A stretch of 64,000 bases of DNA from an uncultured Spirochaetota bacterium (GCA_963734545.1 CAVTHO010000004.1:1-64000); one strand, 5' to 3'; positions 35,369 to 47,009 are shown, counted from the first letter of the stretch. The notes: generated from the sequence alone by a model not told the origin. Numbers and translations: made by a program.

Positions 35369-36619
35369 TTACCTCAGGAAGTCCAGCAGCTTGGGGCGAT
35401 TCAAGACGCGCGCCGTTGCCGCAAGCGCCGCCTCGTGGGTGAACTCCAGGGTCTTGAGCTGGGTAATGGCGTCCGCCATGTCCAGGTCGCGTTCCTGAGA
35501 GTCGAAGCGGATCAGCTCCGGCTGCTGGAAGGCGAGCCTCTTTGCCACGGTGTCGAGCCTGTTGTCGCGCGCCCCGATGTCACCCAGCACGCCGGCAAGG
35601 GTCGTAATGGAATCCTCGATCCCCCGCAGGCCTGCGCCCCCCACCTTTTCGCCGGCGCCCTCGAACATGGCGTTGCGAAGATTGATCACCATGTCGAAGA
35701 TGGATCCGCCGAACACCCGCGCGCTTCGCGCCACATTCAGCGGGGGACGGTCGCCGCCCGGCGCCAGGATGCCCAGGTCCTGCAGCACGGTCCCCCCGCC
35801 CATGTCCTCGGCCCAGATCTGATGGGGAAGCGTCGTGCTCAGCACCAGGGAATTGCTCACGGGATCGAGGCTCGCGCGGACGGGCGCGGCTGAATCGTTT
35901 ATCTTTGCCGCAATTGCCGACAGAGTGTCACCGGGGGAAAGGCGTATTTCCGCCCCGTCGATGCGGATCGTGGAGCTCGCCTGCACCCGGTACTGGCCCG
36001 CGTCCACGGTGGAATAGATCTGCTGCTGCTCGGCCCAGAATGCGACGTTCCCCGGCAGGTTGATGTCCACCGTGGCGCCTTCCTGTACCTCCGCCGCGCC
36101 CCTGTCGATGTTGCCCAGGTAGTCCACCGAGACCACCCTGTCCGAGCTCCCGCCGGGCACCCGCCCCGTGGTCGTTCGGAAAGGAGTTGTCTTCGAGAGG
36201 GTTCCCGCAAAGAGGGAATTGCCGCTCTGGTCCTTGGAGTTGGCGATCGTGAGCAGCTCTCCCAGGAGCTGATCCACCTCTTCGCCCATGTAGCCCATCT
36301 GCGACTTGTCCACCGTGCCGTTGGCGCCCTGCACGGCCAGCTCGCGGACCCTCTGCAGGATGTCCATCGCGCTGCGCAGGTTGCCTTCCCCGCTGGAGAG
36401 CGTGTTGCGCACGGACTCGATGTTCTTGCCGAACCTGTCCGCGCGCATGATCTCGGACTGAAACCGCGTGGAGCGGGAGGCGGCAAGCGGGTCGTCGCGC
36501 AGGTCCTTGATCTTCGACTGCGCGCCCACCTTGTTCGTCATCTGGTTCATATCGAACTCGCGCAGCTCCCGGTAGTAGCTGCTGTCGAAAGTCGGTTGTT
36601 GTGAGCTGATCCTCTTCAT
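35369..36619 (-). CDS. flgL: flagellar hook-associated protein 3
   Basis: DDPLAA, RELAVQGANGT, DMADAITQL; downstream of flgK. Confidence 0.93.
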   Translation of the reverse strand: MKRISSQQPTFDSSYYRELREFDMNQMTNKVGAQSKIKDLRDDPLAASRSTRFQSEIMRADRFGKNIESVRNTLSSGEGNLRSAMDILQRVRELAVQGANGTVDKSQMGYMGEEVDQLLGELLTIANSKDQSGNSLFAGTLSKTTPFRTTTGRVPGGSSDRVVSVDYLGNIDRGAAEVQEGATVDINLPGNVAFWAEQQQIYSTVDAGQYRVQASSTIRIDGAEIRLSPGDTLSAIAAKINDSAAPVRASLDPVSNSLVLSTTLPHQIWAEDMGGGTVLQDLGILAPGGDRPPLNVARSARVFGGSIFDMVINLRNAMFEGAGEKVGGAGLRGIEDSITTLAGVLGDIGARDNRLDTVAKRLAFQQPELIRFDSQERDLDMADAITQLKTLEFTHEAALAATARVLNRPKLLDFLR

Positions 36620-36631
36620 TCCTGTCCGTCC

Positions 36632-38515
36632 TTACACGCCCATCCTGTTGATGATGATGTCGAGCATCTTGTCGAAGGTCGACACGAAGCGCGCAATCGC
36701 CGCGTAGCCGTTCTGGTACGTGATCATCGTGGAAAGCTCTTCGTCGACATTCACGCCGGAGATCGATTCACGCAGGTCCTTGAGGTCTTTCATCACGAGC
36801 TTGACCGTGTCGAGGCTGCGGTTCGCCTCTTCGCCCTTCAGCCCGATGCCGGCCACCCTGTCCGCAAAATAGCTGTCGAAGGTGGAGGTGACGCCTACCA
36901 TGACAGGGGTCGTGCGAAGCTGCGCAATGGCGAGGGCGGACGTGCCGTCCCCGACGCCGTCTGATTTTCCATCCACTCCGGAAGCTGCGGCGATTGACCC
37001 CGGATTCTGCAGGAGGCGCTCATTCACCTCGATCCAGCCCGCGGGGTGCGCAAGCGGCGCCACGGCGTACGAGGACCCGTCCGCCTGCGTGAGCGCCTGC
37101 ACGGCGTCCGCGCGGCTCCATGCGTAGGCGCCGGCAGGGCCCGGTGCCTTGAGAATGCCGCTGTAGCCGACGAGGAACTGGCCGGAGTCTTCCAGGCTCC
37201 GGATCACGAAATCGGGGTTCCGCGTGTCGGCCGCTGGTGTCGCCTTCAGGGAAAGCCTGCCTTCCGAGTTCAGACGTGCGACCACCTCGGCGCCGGACAG
37301 GTTGATACGGGTGACGAGGTCCTCGACCGTATCGGTGGGATGGTAGGTTACGGTGACCGCGCCGTCGGCTCCCGGGAGCGTGAGGACGCCCTCGAGGCCT
37401 ATCTGGTCCTTCGCCTTCAAGGCATTGGAGCCCGTGACGCGAAATACCCACGTGGAGTCCGGGACACCGGTGCCCCTCGAATCGTAGTTGCCGGCGACAT
37501 TGGTGATGAACGGCCGCTCCACGAAGAAGTCTGCTCCCTTCTCACCGTTCAAGCCGAAGCCCTGCCGATGGATCTCGTTCACGAGGTCCGTGAAATTGAG
37601 CGAGAGGAGGTCGAGGCTCTGGATCTCCTGCCGCGCATCCCCGTCGCGGACCTGCAGCAGCGAGGCGATCTTGCCGCCGCGGAGGCTCACCGGGCCGCGC
37701 GTATCGTCCCAGACGAGGTTGGAGTATCCCTCGTTCGTCCTGTCTGCCTGGAGGGCAATCGTCTCGTGGTGCAGGCCCTGGACGAGATGCGTGCCGCCCG
37801 TGGTGACGACGAACTCTCCCGCCGGATCGTTGGTCCTTATCGTGATGTCCACGAGGGAGGAAAGCTGGCCCACCAGCAGGTCCCTGCGGTCCAGGAGGTC
37901 ATTGGGGTTGTCCCCGAGGGCCTGGGACTTGACGATCTGGCCGTTCAACAGCGCGATCTGCCGGGTGAGCTCGTTCACCTGGGCCACGGTGCCCCGGATA
38001 TCGTCCTCCACCATGTCGCGCACTCCCTTGAGGCGCTGATAGCGGTCGTGGATCCCGTCCACGAGTGATTTGCCCTTTTCCAATACAGAGCGGCGTGACG
38101 CCATCTCGGTGGGATTGAGGGAGAGGTCCTGCCATGACCCCCAGAACTGGTCCATCAGGGCGCGCACCGAATGATCGGTGGGCTCATTGTAGACCTGCTC
38201 CATCATCAGGATGTACTTGTCCCGGGAGTCCCAGTAGCCCTGCACGTTCTGCTCGGACACGATGCGTCCCTCGAGCAGCATGTCCTTGAGCCGCTCGATG
38301 CGCGTCACGTCCACGCCCTGTCCGATCTGCCCCGGGGTCTCCTCCCGATTGAGCTGCGGCTCGTACAGGGGCAGAGTCGCGTGCATCTCGACGCGCTGTC
38401 TGCTGTACCCCTCGGTGGCGGCATTGGAAAGATTGTGCCCGATGGTCTGGAGCCCCTGGGTGGTGGCGACGAGCCCCCGCTTGCCGAGCTCGATGGGGGC
38501 GAAACTGGATTGCAC
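36632..38515 (-). CDS. flgK: flagellar hook-associated protein 1
   Basis: GHNLSNAATEGYSRQRV, PNDLLDRRD, SGVNVDEE. Confidence 0.97.
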   Translation of the reverse strand: MQSSFAPIELGKRGLVATTQGLQTIGHNLSNAATEGYSRQRVEMHATLPLYEPQLNREETPGQIGQGVDVTRIERLKDMLLEGRIVSEQNVQGYWDSRDKYILMMEQVYNEPTDHSVRALMDQFWGSWQDLSLNPTEMASRRSVLEKGKSLVDGIHDRYQRLKGVRDMVEDDIRGTVAQVNELTRQIALLNGQIVKSQALGDNPNDLLDRRDLLVGQLSSLVDITIRTNDPAGEFVVTTGGTHLVQGLHHETIALQADRTNEGYSNLVWDDTRGPVSLRGGKIASLLQVRDGDARQEIQSLDLLSLNFTDLVNEIHRQGFGLNGEKGADFFVERPFITNVAGNYDSRGTGVPDSTWVFRVTGSNALKAKDQIGLEGVLTLPGADGAVTVTYHPTDTVEDLVTRINLSGAEVVARLNSEGRLSLKATPAADTRNPDFVIRSLEDSGQFLVGYSGILKAPGPAGAYAWSRADAVQALTQADGSSYAVAPLAHPAGWIEVNERLLQNPGSIAAASGVDGKSDGVGDGTSALAIAQLRTTPVMVGVTSTFDSYFADRVAGIGLKGEEANRSLDTVKLVMKDLKDLRESISGVNVDEELSTMITYQNGYAAIARFVSTFDKMLDIIINRMGV

Positions 38516-38524
38516 GGCGTCCTC

Positions 38525-39028
38525 CTACTGGTGGCGGTCGACGAGAAGCGCGCCGCTCACGCCTGTGGGCGTGCCCCGACGGGAGTAGATCCTGCCCTTG
38601 CGGTAGGGGAATATCTGCTCGAGTATCCGGTTGAGCGCATCCGCGAGCGTCTCCGCCGAGTAGCGCATCCTGCCCGTGGCGGTCTTCAGCCGCACGACAC
38701 TCACGCGCAGCCTGCGCCAGCCGTCCTCGAGTCCGGCCCGCGCCTCCTCGGGCAGCGCGGGCATGAGCGCGGAGAAGGTCGTCTCCCGCGGCATCTGCAT
38801 GGCGGCGCGCAGGCGTACGAATGCCTCGTCCCGGAGGGAGTCCGCCTCCACGATTTCCTCCGCGGCATGCTCGATGCCCTGGGCACGCACAAGGCCGGCA
38901 TTCCAGCTCTTCTCCTGGAAGCACTCGCGCAGGCGCTCCACTTCGCGGCCCAGGCGGTCGAAAAGCTCCGTCTCCTGGTCCATGCGGACCTTCAGCGTCT
39001 GCCAGAGGACATTCGTCTGCTCATCCAT
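38525..39028 (-). CDS. flgN: FlgN-like flagellar export chaperone
   Basis: Helical 167-aa ORF directly upstream of flgK, with C-terminal YSRRG..LLVDRH. Confidence 0.65.
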   Translation of the reverse strand: MDEQTNVLWQTLKVRMDQETELFDRLGREVERLRECFQEKSWNAGLVRAQGIEHAAEEIVEADSLRDEAFVRLRAAMQMPRETTFSALMPALPEEARAGLEDGWRRLRVSVVRLKTATGRMRYSAETLADALNRILEQIFPYRKGRIYSRRGTPTGVSGALLVDRHQ

Positions 39029-39053
39029 CGCTTCGCTCCTCTTCCTTCCTTCA

Positions 39054-39080
39054 ATGTCGGAAGAACTTTCCTTCCCATGA
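39054..39080 (-). promoter_or_regulatory. putative sigma28 promoter of the flgN-flgK operon
   Basis: Minus strand TCAT-N15-TCCGACAT. Confidence 0.45.
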
Positions 39081-39116
39081 GCGCGGCAATCTGCTATCTT
39101 TGGCGGGGAGACATTC

Positions 39117-40055
39117 ATGACCACTGATCGTGACCTGATCATCATTGGCGGAGGCGGGGCAGGTCTGTCCGCGGCGCAGTACGGCGCCCGCGCAAACCTG
39201 CGCACGCTCGTCCTGGAGGAGTTTGCCTCCGGGGGCCAGGCGCTGCTCATCGACGCGCTGGAGAACTACCCGGGGTTCCCCGAACCCATCAATGGATTCG
39301 ATTTCACCCAGAAAATGGAAGAGCAGGCAAAGAGGTTCGGGGCGGAATTCCAGAACGCCACCGTCACGTCCCTGCGCAAGGAGAACGGCTTTTTCGTCGT
39401 GGAGACGGACAGGGGACCGATGACCTCCGACACGGTGATCCTTGCAACCGGGGCGGCGCATAAAACACTCGGCGTCCCGGGGGAGGCGGAGCTGGCCGGT
39501 AAGGGCGTCTCGTACTGCGCTACCTGCGACGGCCCATTCTTCAAGGGGAAGCGGATGCTCGTGGTCGGCGGCGGAGACGCGGCATGTGACGAGGCCATGT
39601 ACCTTGCCCACCTGGCCTGCGGCGTCCTCATGATTGCCCGAAAAGAAAAGTTCCGTGCCCAGAAATCGCTTGCCGCGCGCGTGCTCGCAAATCCGAAAAT
39701 CGAAGTGCGTTTTTCCACCGAGCTGCGCAGGATCTCGGGGTCCCCGAATGTGAGCCAGGTGGTCCTGGTGGACAACAAGTCAGGTCGGGAGTACGAGGAA
39801 GCCGTCGACGCAGTTTTCATCTTCATCGGCTCGGATCCCAAGAGCGCGCTTGTCCAGCCGCTGGGAATCGCTCTTGATGACGTGGGCTACGTGGAGACCA
39901 ACCAGCTCATGGAGACGTCCGTGCCGGGGCTCTATGCGGCGGGCGACGTGCGCGCCACGCCGTTCCGGCAGCTCGTGGTGGCCGCTGCGGAAGGAGCTAT
40001 TGCCGCCCACGCCGCCGGCCAGTTCATCGATGAGAAGAAAGGCGCGTGCGACTAG
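39117..40055 (+). CDS. trxB: thioredoxin reductase
   Basis: GGGGAG, ENYPGF, GVSYCATCDG, GGGDAA, GLYAAGDV. Confidence 0.95.
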   Translation: MTTDRDLIIIGGGGAGLSAAQYGARANLRTLVLEEFASGGQALLIDALENYPGFPEPINGFDFTQKMEEQAKRFGAEFQNATVTSLRKENGFFVVETDRGPMTSDTVILATGAAHKTLGVPGEAELAGKGVSYCATCDGPFFKGKRMLVVGGGDAACDEAMYLAHLACGVLMIARKEKFRAQKSLAARVLANPKIEVRFSTELRRISGSPNVSQVVLVDNKSGREYEEAVDAVFIFIGSDPKSALVQPLGIALDDVGYVETNQLMETSVPGLYAAGDVRATPFRQLVVAAAEGAIAAHAAGQFIDEKKGACD

Positions 40056-40065
40056 TGAGGCCCGC

Positions 40066-40854
40066 GTGAAGTTTCGGCTCATCGTCCATCCCCGGATGGA
40101 GGGCAGGCTCGACATGGCGGTCGACGAAGCCCTTGCCGAGGCGGTGGGGGCCGGCGCAAGCCTCCCGGTCGTCAGGCTGTACGGGTTCGCTCCCCCCACC
40201 CTCTCCCTCGGCAGGTTCCAGAGGATCAAGGGGAGGTATTCACCCGCGCTGCTTGCGGAGGATGGCATTACCCTCGTGCGCCGGCCGACGGGCGGCCATG
40301 CGGTGCTGCACGATTGCGAGCTCACCTACTCGGTCGCGCTCTCCAAGGAGGAAAGCGGGACTCTGATCGGGGGAGCCAGGAAGAGGGAGGTGTATGAGTT
40401 TGTGGCGCGGGTGCTCCTGGCAGGGCTCGCCGAGCTCGGCGTCAAGGGGCAGGTCAATGCGTCCCGGCACGGTGACCTTCACAACCCGGACTGCTTCGGA
40501 TCGGCCGGCGAATACGAGATCACCGGGCGGGACGCGCGCAAGCTCATCGGCAGCGCCCAGATGACGACACGGAGGGCCATTCTTCAGCATGGGTCCATCC
40601 CCCTTGAAAACCCCGGCAGACGCGTCCTGCGCTACATCCGGGTGGATGAGCCCGTGGATTCGCGCGCGCCCACCTGCCTGGACGAGGAGACGGGCCGGAG
40701 CCTCACTTTCGAAGAGGTGCGGGAGGCCTTTGCCCGCGCGTTTCAAAAGAATCTCGACACGGAAGAATCCGAGCTGCGCGCGGAAGAAAAGAAAGCGGCG
40801 GATCGGATCCTGGCTGCGCGGTACGCGAGCGACTCATGGAACCTCGCATACTGA
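40066..40854 (+). CDS. lipoate-protein ligase A/LipM-family protein
   Basis: MAVDEAL, TLSLGRFQ, VRRPTGGHAVLH, RKLIGSAQ, LQHGSI. Confidence 0.85.
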   Translation: MKFRLIVHPRMEGRLDMAVDEALAEAVGAGASLPVVRLYGFAPPTLSLGRFQRIKGRYSPALLAEDGITLVRRPTGGHAVLHDCELTYSVALSKEESGTLIGGARKREVYEFVARVLLAGLAELGVKGQVNASRHGDLHNPDCFGSAGEYEITGRDARKLIGSAQMTTRRAILQHGSIPLENPGRRVLRYIRVDEPVDSRAPTCLDEETGRSLTFEEVREAFARAFQKNLDTEESELRAEEKKAADRILAARYASDSWNLAY

Positions 40855-40907
40855 GGCATCGCGGTACGGCGTACCCGCCGAACGGGTACTCCCGGACTCC
40901 GCGGATT

Positions 40908-42615
40908 TTGCGCCGTGGTATCTGCCGCGCGCGCGCGCGGGGCCGCGCGCTCGTCCTCGCCGCGCTTCTCCTGGCAGCACCCGCGGCGTCAGTCGCGGCG
41001 CTCGGCTTCAACGATCCCGGGAGATCCGGCGGTTCTTGCCGCCCGGTTGGCGGGCGCGATGACGAACGAGGAGCTCCTCGGCCAGGTCTTCTTCCTTGGC
41101 TGGCAGGGTGTCGGCCCTTCGCCGGACATCCTGCGCTGGATCGGCAGCCGCGGGATCGGCGGGGTCAAGATCTTCCCCCGCAACGTCTCCGACCTTCCTT
41201 CCCTCGCGCATGATATCGCGGAAATGCAGGGCCTCGCGGCAAAGAACCGGTTCGCCATCCCCCTTTTCGTGGCCACCGACCAGGAGGGCGGGTGGGTGCG
41301 GCAGATCAAGGACGAGACCTCAGTCTCACCGGGCAATCTCGCGCTGGGGGCCTCCGGAGCGCCGGGAGACGCCTATCTCACCGGCTATTACCTCGGCAGG
41401 GAGCTGGCGGCGCTGGGCATCAACATGGACTTCGCGCCCACCGCTGACGTGTATTCGAACCCCGAGGCGAGCGTCATCGGTCCGCGCTCATTCGGCTCTG
41501 ATCCTTCCTCAACGGGCCTTTTCTCGGCCGCGTTCGCGAGCGGAATGAAGAGCGCGGGAGTCCTCTGCACGGCGAAGCACTTTCCGGGGCACGGCTCCGC
41601 GGATCAGGACTCCCACGGTCATCTCCCCAAGATCGAGGTGAGCCTCGATCAGCTTCTCCAGCGCGACCTGATCCCTTACCGCATCCTCATCCGCGAGGGG
41701 ATCCCGGCCGTGATGACGGGGCATCTCGCTTTTCCCCGGATCCTGGGCAGCCTCACCCCCGCGTCCCTGTCCCCTTTCTTCCTGCAGAGCCTTTTGAGAG
41801 ACAAGCTCGGGTTCCAGGGCCTCGTGATCACGGATGACATGGAGATGGAAGGCGTGCTTGCCGACGGCCTGGATACCCCCACCGCATGCCTCCGCGCACT
41901 GGAGGCGGGAAACGACATGGTGCTCGTTTCGCACACGCCGGCGACCCAGGAGCTCACGTGGAAGGCGCTTATCGCGGCCGCCCGGTCGCGCAGGGCATTC
42001 CATGCTTCCCTCGAGCAGTCCGTGACGCGCATCCTTGCCGCCAAGCTGCGCTACTTTCGTGGACGCGACGCGCCTCTGAATCCGAACCCGTCGTCGGTAA
42101 GGACGCAGGTGCCTGCTCCCGGCGCCCGGGACTTCTTCGTGCAGGTGTCCGCCAGGGCCGCCACGCTCATCGCCGGAAAGAGGATCCCCTACCGGCGGGC
42201 CGCAGGAGAAAGAATCCTCCTCTGCGGTCAATTCAACGAGTTCCTTGCCGAAGGCCTGCGCCGCTATCCGGGCGCGGACACCCTGCTTTTCCCCTTCAAC
42301 CCGTTTTACGGCGCCCGTCCCCAGGACAAGTCATCCGTGCGCACACGCGCCGCTGCATACGATACCGTGATTTTCTGTCTCGCCAACTACAACAGCCTGG
42401 ACGTGCTTCAGGAGCTCAAGGACATGGGCGGAAAGGTCATCGTCATCTCCGCCCTCAGCCCCGTCTACCTCACCGATGCGTCATGGGTGCAGACGGCAAT
42501 CGCGGTATACGGCGAGGGCCGCGATTCTTTCCGCGCGGGCTTCGGCGTGCTTGCGGGAGACTTCACGGCCACCGGCCGTCTCCCGGTGAGCTTCGGGGCA
42601 CAGGCCGTCAAATGA
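40908..42615 (+). CDS. nagZ: GH3 beta-N-acetylhexosaminidase (start approximate, N-terminal frameshift)
   Basis: ATDQEGG, KHFPGHGSADQDSH (NagZ signature), ITDDMEM; signal-like stretch in the adjacent frame. Confidence 0.8.
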
Positions 42616-43446
42616 GCTGGCGGCCGGCGGGGCGGAAAGACCTGCCTGCGATCCTCGACTTCCTGCTTCGTGACGAGGCGCTCTGCGTCCCTTTCACCTC
42701 GCGCCTGCTGGAGGGCTCGCGCGGCTGCGACGTGTATTTCAACGCGGGTGCAGGGGGAGGCGTCTCCGCGTGCATCCTGTTCACCACGGCAGGGCTCCTG
42801 CTTCCTGTGCTGACGGGGGAGGACGCAGGCCATGACGGCCTGGCGGATGTGATCCGGGGCCTGAGCCCGGCCGTCCACTCCATCATGGGCGTCGGCAGGT
42901 GCGTCAGCGGGACCGAGGCGCTGCTTCCCCTTCCGCCCACCACCCGCATCGAGTATTTTCTGATGACCCTGCACCGCGCGTCCCTGCGTCCCCTCCTCCC
43001 TCGGAATCCCCGGAGGCGCCGTTGTCAGAAAAGCGGACGCATACGACGCGGAGGCCCTCTTCCCCCTGCAGAAGGAGTACGAGCTGGAGGAGGTGGTCAT
43101 TGATCCCGCGCATTTCAGCGACGCCCAATGTATGAAGATGCTGAAGCATTCACTGAGGGACGAGCTGGTGTATATCGCGGAGATGGACGGCGTGCCCGTG
43201 GCAAAGGCGGCGACGAACGCACGGGGATTCGGCGTGGACCAGATCGGCGGCGTCTACACGGTTCCCGAGAAACGAAGCAAGGGCCTGGGGGCCCTGGTGG
43301 TGGCCGAGCTTCTGAGGGCGGTGTTCGCCGACAAGGCGGCGGCCTGCCTGTTCGTGAAAAAGCGGAACCGCCCGGCACTCGCGCTCTACGATCGGCTCGG
43401 GTTCGCGCCGGTGACCGACTATGTCATCAGCTACTATGGGATGTAG
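42612..43446 (+). CDS. GNAT family acetyltransferase (frameshifted)
   Basis: QIGGVYTVPEKRSKGLG, N.PALALYDRLGF. Confidence 0.8.
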
Positions 43447-43508
43447 CGGGAAGGGCCCGGTGCCGCGCCGGGCGTGCGCTGACCGCCGGGGCGCCCGCTG
43501 CCGGCCCG

Positions 43509-44426
43509 TCAGCCCTTGATGGCGCCTGCCGCCACTCCCTTGGTGATCTGCTTCCTGAATATCAGGTAGAAGATCAGAAGGGGCAGCATACCGATTGCCA
43601 GGGCGGCAAACTGCTTTCCGTAGTCCGCCATCATCGTTCCCGAGAACCTGAGGATGCCCAGGGGCAGCGACTGCAAGGTCGTCTTCGACACGAGGATATT
43701 GATCAGGGCAAACTCGTTCCACAGGCCCGTGATGTTCAGGATGGCCACTGTCGTCGCGATGGGGACGGACATGGGCAGAATGATTCCTCTGAAGATCGCG
43801 AAGTAGCCCGCGCCGTCTATCCGTGCCGCCTCCACAAGCGCATCGGGAATGCTCTTGATGTACTCCGTTGCGAGATAGATGGCCACGGGAAGTCCCGAGC
43901 CGATGTAGACCAGCAGCACTCCCACCCGGTTGTTGTAGAAGAGATGGAAATCGGAGGCCTTCATGAGATGAAGGAACTGGAAGAGGTCTCCCAGGAGCCT
44001 GTCCAGCTGCGAGACCTCGATGAACAGCGGGACCATCAGCGACTGGATGGAGAGGAGAATGCCGATGACGAAGCTGCCGTAGATCGGGGCTGTCGCCCTC
44101 GACCTGATCTTCGCAAAGGCGAACGCGGCCAGGAGGGAGAACAGGATGATTCCCAGGGACGCTCCGAGCGTGTAGATCACCGAGTTCCCGATGAGCTTGT
44201 CGAACTCGCCGATCCTCCACGCGCCGGGATAGTTGACCCAGGCCCATTCGTGGGGAAGGGCGAGCTTGTTGAGTCTGTATTCCGCGTTCGACTTGAACGA
44301 GTTGACAAGGAGCCAGACGATGGGGGAAACCGTCATGAGGGCGAAGAGGCCCATGACCAGGTAGGCGCACACCTTCCCGAACACTCCCGCGATCCTGCCG
44401 AATACCGTGCTCATGGCGTTTCTCAT
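43509..44426 (-). CDS. carbohydrate ABC transporter permease (MalG-like)
   Basis: EAARIDGA motif, WNEF, multiple TM helices. Confidence 0.92.
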   Translation of the reverse strand: MRNAMSTVFGRIAGVFGKVCAYLVMGLFALMTVSPIVWLLVNSFKSNAEYRLNKLALPHEWAWVNYPGAWRIGEFDKLIGNSVIYTLGASLGIILFSLLAAFAFAKIRSRATAPIYGSFVIGILLSIQSLMVPLFIEVSQLDRLLGDLFQFLHLMKASDFHLFYNNRVGVLLVYIGSGLPVAIYLATEYIKSIPDALVEAARIDGAGYFAIFRGIILPMSVPIATTVAILNITGLWNEFALINILVSKTTLQSLPLGILRFSGTMMADYGKQFAALAIGMLPLLIFYLIFRKQITKGVAAGAIKG

Positions 44427-44429
44427 GAC

Positions 44430-45552
44430 CTACTCCCTTCCCCCGTAGCGCTTCTCCACGAGCTTGGTTAAGCCGATGAGGATGAAGCTGAAAACGACGA
44501 TCGAAAGGGCGATGGCATTTGCCAGGGGATAGTTCGGGTGGCCGTGGAACGCGTTCGTGTACATGTAGATGGAGAGGACCTCCGTGACGCGCGCCGGGCC
44601 CCCGCCGGTCATGGCCCAGATCAGCGCAAAGCTGTTCAAGGAACCGGAGATGCAGAGGATCGCGGCATTGACGATCACCCCGGAGAGGCTGGGGAGCACG
44701 ATGCGGCCCATCACCTGGCCTTCCGTTGCCCCGTCGATGCGGGCCGCCTCGACGATGGCCACGTCGATCTTCTGCATGTTGGCCAGGAACAGGATCAGGT
44801 ACAGCCCCGTCCAGCACCACAGCGTCACGAACATGATGGGAATCATGGCCACGTCCGTCTTGCTGAGAAACTCCGGCGACCACTTGTGGGAGAGCAGGTT
44901 CACCATGTCGCTCCTGAACACCTCGAGCTGGTCGGGCGTGTAGGCGACGATGATGTCCTTGAGCTCGGTGAAAGGATCACTGAATATCTGCAGCGCGACA
45001 GGATCGCTTATGCCGACGATCCTGTGCACGAACGGGTCCGTGACATTGAGGCCTCCGGCCGCCTGCAGGATCTGGTCGAGCCTGTGGCCGAAGGTATTGG
45101 CATACCACTTGTTCATGACGTCTGCGATCGAGACCGGAAGGGGCGAATATCATGTTCCACATGATGCCCAGGACGATGACGGAGATGATGGCCGGCATGT
45201 ACAGCACGCCCTGCCAGAAATCACCGAATCTCACGATCCGGCGATAGATCAGGTATGCGAACACGAACCCGAGGGGGAGCTGCCCGAACACGGAAATGAG
45301 GACGATGTACACGTTGTTTTTCAGCGCAAGCCAGAATTGGGGGTCGGTCACCAGCTTCCCGTACTGCTGAAAACCGGTGATCCTCCAGCGCTCACCGCCG
45401 AACATCTTCCCGCCGTTGAAGTTGCTGAGGGAGAGGATGATGGAGATGGCGATGGGAAAAGCCATTACGAAAAGATAGAGAAGGAAAGCAGGCAGCACCA
45501 TTGCCCAGTAGGCCCGTCTCTCGTCACGTCTGTAATCAACCGTCCGCGCCAT
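44430..45552 (-). CDS. carbohydrate ABC transporter permease (MalF-like; frameshifted; enlarged loop)
   Basis: EAARIDGA, GGPARVTEVL; split between ORFs 44977-45579 and 44430-45116. Confidence 0.88.
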
Positions 45553-45580
45553 CCTGAGCCTCCGCGCCGATAGTATCATA

Positions 45581-45613
45581 AAAAGGGTGTCCGGGCGGCT
45601 GGCCCGGACACCC
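45581..45613 (-). terminator. stem-loop between the SBP and permease genes
   Basis: GGGTGTCCGGGC..GCCCGGACACCC followed by TTTT on the minus strand. Confidence 0.65.
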
Positions 45614-45666
45614 GTGCTTCTCGCTCACGAGGCATCATGGAGCGAGAGTGAGAAAGCAAGGAAGGT

Positions 45667-46977
45667 CTACATCTTGGACTTCAGCCAAGCATCCATTGCC
45701 TTCTGCATCTCGGCCGCAACCTGGGCCGGGGTCTTTGCCCCGAGGCCGATGGACTGCAGGCCGGCGTTGAGCACGTTGAACACGCTCGGGTCCAGGACGC
45801 CGTCCAGCACGTAGCAGGTCTTGGCGATCGAAGAATAGTACTGGGGCATCATGGTTGTGAAGGGCTCGAGCTTCTCGCTGGTGACACCCTTGCGCGTCGG
45901 GATGAAGGCGCCCGTCTCCAGCTTCATCTGTGAGAACTCGGGGCCGTAGTACCACTTCAGCAGGCGCACTGCCGCTTTTTCCTTGTCGGAGCCGGCGGGA
46001 ATCGCCGCGGAGATGCCGAGGCCGACGCCCGCGATTGCGGACACGACGCCCGGATTCTTCTCTCCCGGTATAGCGGGGAAGTTGAGGAACGCGAAATCCG
46101 TGGCCTGTGCTTCCGGCGCGATCAAAGCCTTGCCCGAGGCCTTGTCCGTCAGGTAGGCTCCCTGGCGCCAGTCGCCGTCGATGATGAAGGCGGCCTTGCC
46201 CGCAGCGAACAGACCGGGGCCGTCACCGTAGGGCTGCTGGATGTTGCTCCAGTTGATGACACCGTCGGTGAACATGGTTTTGACGAATGTCAGGGCAGCG
46301 ACAAAGGCGGGATCCGTGAATCTGGCCTTGCCCGCATTGACCCTGTCGATCCAGGCGTCGCCGAGCATGCGCCCGGCCACCGTGGAGAAGAGGCACGACT
46401 GGGCGGGCCACTGGTCGCCATCCGGCAGAAGGATGGTCTGCACGCCCTTGACCCTCAGCTTGGGAACCATGGCCTTCAGCGCCGCGTAGGTCTTGGGCAG
46501 CGGGATCTTGAGATCCGACAGGAGCTTCTTGTTCGTGTACATGACCGTGGTGTAGGTGAAGCTCTGGGGGAGCTCCGCCAGCATCTTGGAGGACTGTGCA
46601 TTCACGTTGAGAGCCGGCGCGACGAAGTTGGACAGGAAGTCCTTGCCCAGGAGGGGCGCAAGGTCCTTGACGAGCTTCTGCGAGTGCAGAAGCGCGGAGC
46701 TGTCACGCGTGGTCGGCCACATGTACATGACATCCGGAAGCTGCCCTGCCGCGATGTAGGCAGACAGTTTCTGATGGTACGCCTGGCTGAACAGGATCTC
46801 CATCTGCAGGTCGACGTCCGGGTTGTCATCCCTGAACTTCTGCCAGTACTGCTGGTCCTCTTCATATCCCGCCTGCGTGGCGTCGATATAGTAGAGGAAA
46901 TTGAGCGTCGTCTGCTGAGCGATGAGGCTCATGGGTACGATCAGCAGAATGAGCGCGAAGAACAGGAACTTCTTCAT
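45667..46977 (-). CDS. sugar ABC transporter substrate-binding protein
   Basis: Signal peptide MKKFLFFALILL; AAGQLPDV, FAAGKAAFIIDGDW. Confidence 0.9.
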   Translation of the reverse strand: MKKFLFFALILLIVPMSLIAQQTTLNFLYYIDATQAGYEEDQQYWQKFRDDNPDVDLQMEILFSQAYHQKLSAYIAAGQLPDVMYMWPTTRDSSALLHSQKLVKDLAPLLGKDFLSNFVAPALNVNAQSSKMLAELPQSFTYTTVMYTNKKLLSDLKIPLPKTYAALKAMVPKLRVKGVQTILLPDGDQWPAQSCLFSTVAGRMLGDAWIDRVNAGKARFTDPAFVAALTFVKTMFTDGVINWSNIQQPYGDGPGLFAAGKAAFIIDGDWRQGAYLTDKASGKALIAPEAQATDFAFLNFPAIPGEKNPGVVSAIAGVGLGISAAIPAGSDKEKAAVRLLKWYYGPEFSQMKLETGAFIPTRKGVTSEKLEPFTTMMPQYYSSIAKTCYVLDGVLDPSVFNVLNAGLQSIGLGAKTPAQVAAEMQKAMDAWLKSKM

Positions 46978-47009
46978 AGCGCAAACCTCCCCAAAAGATT
47001 CTTTCCCCC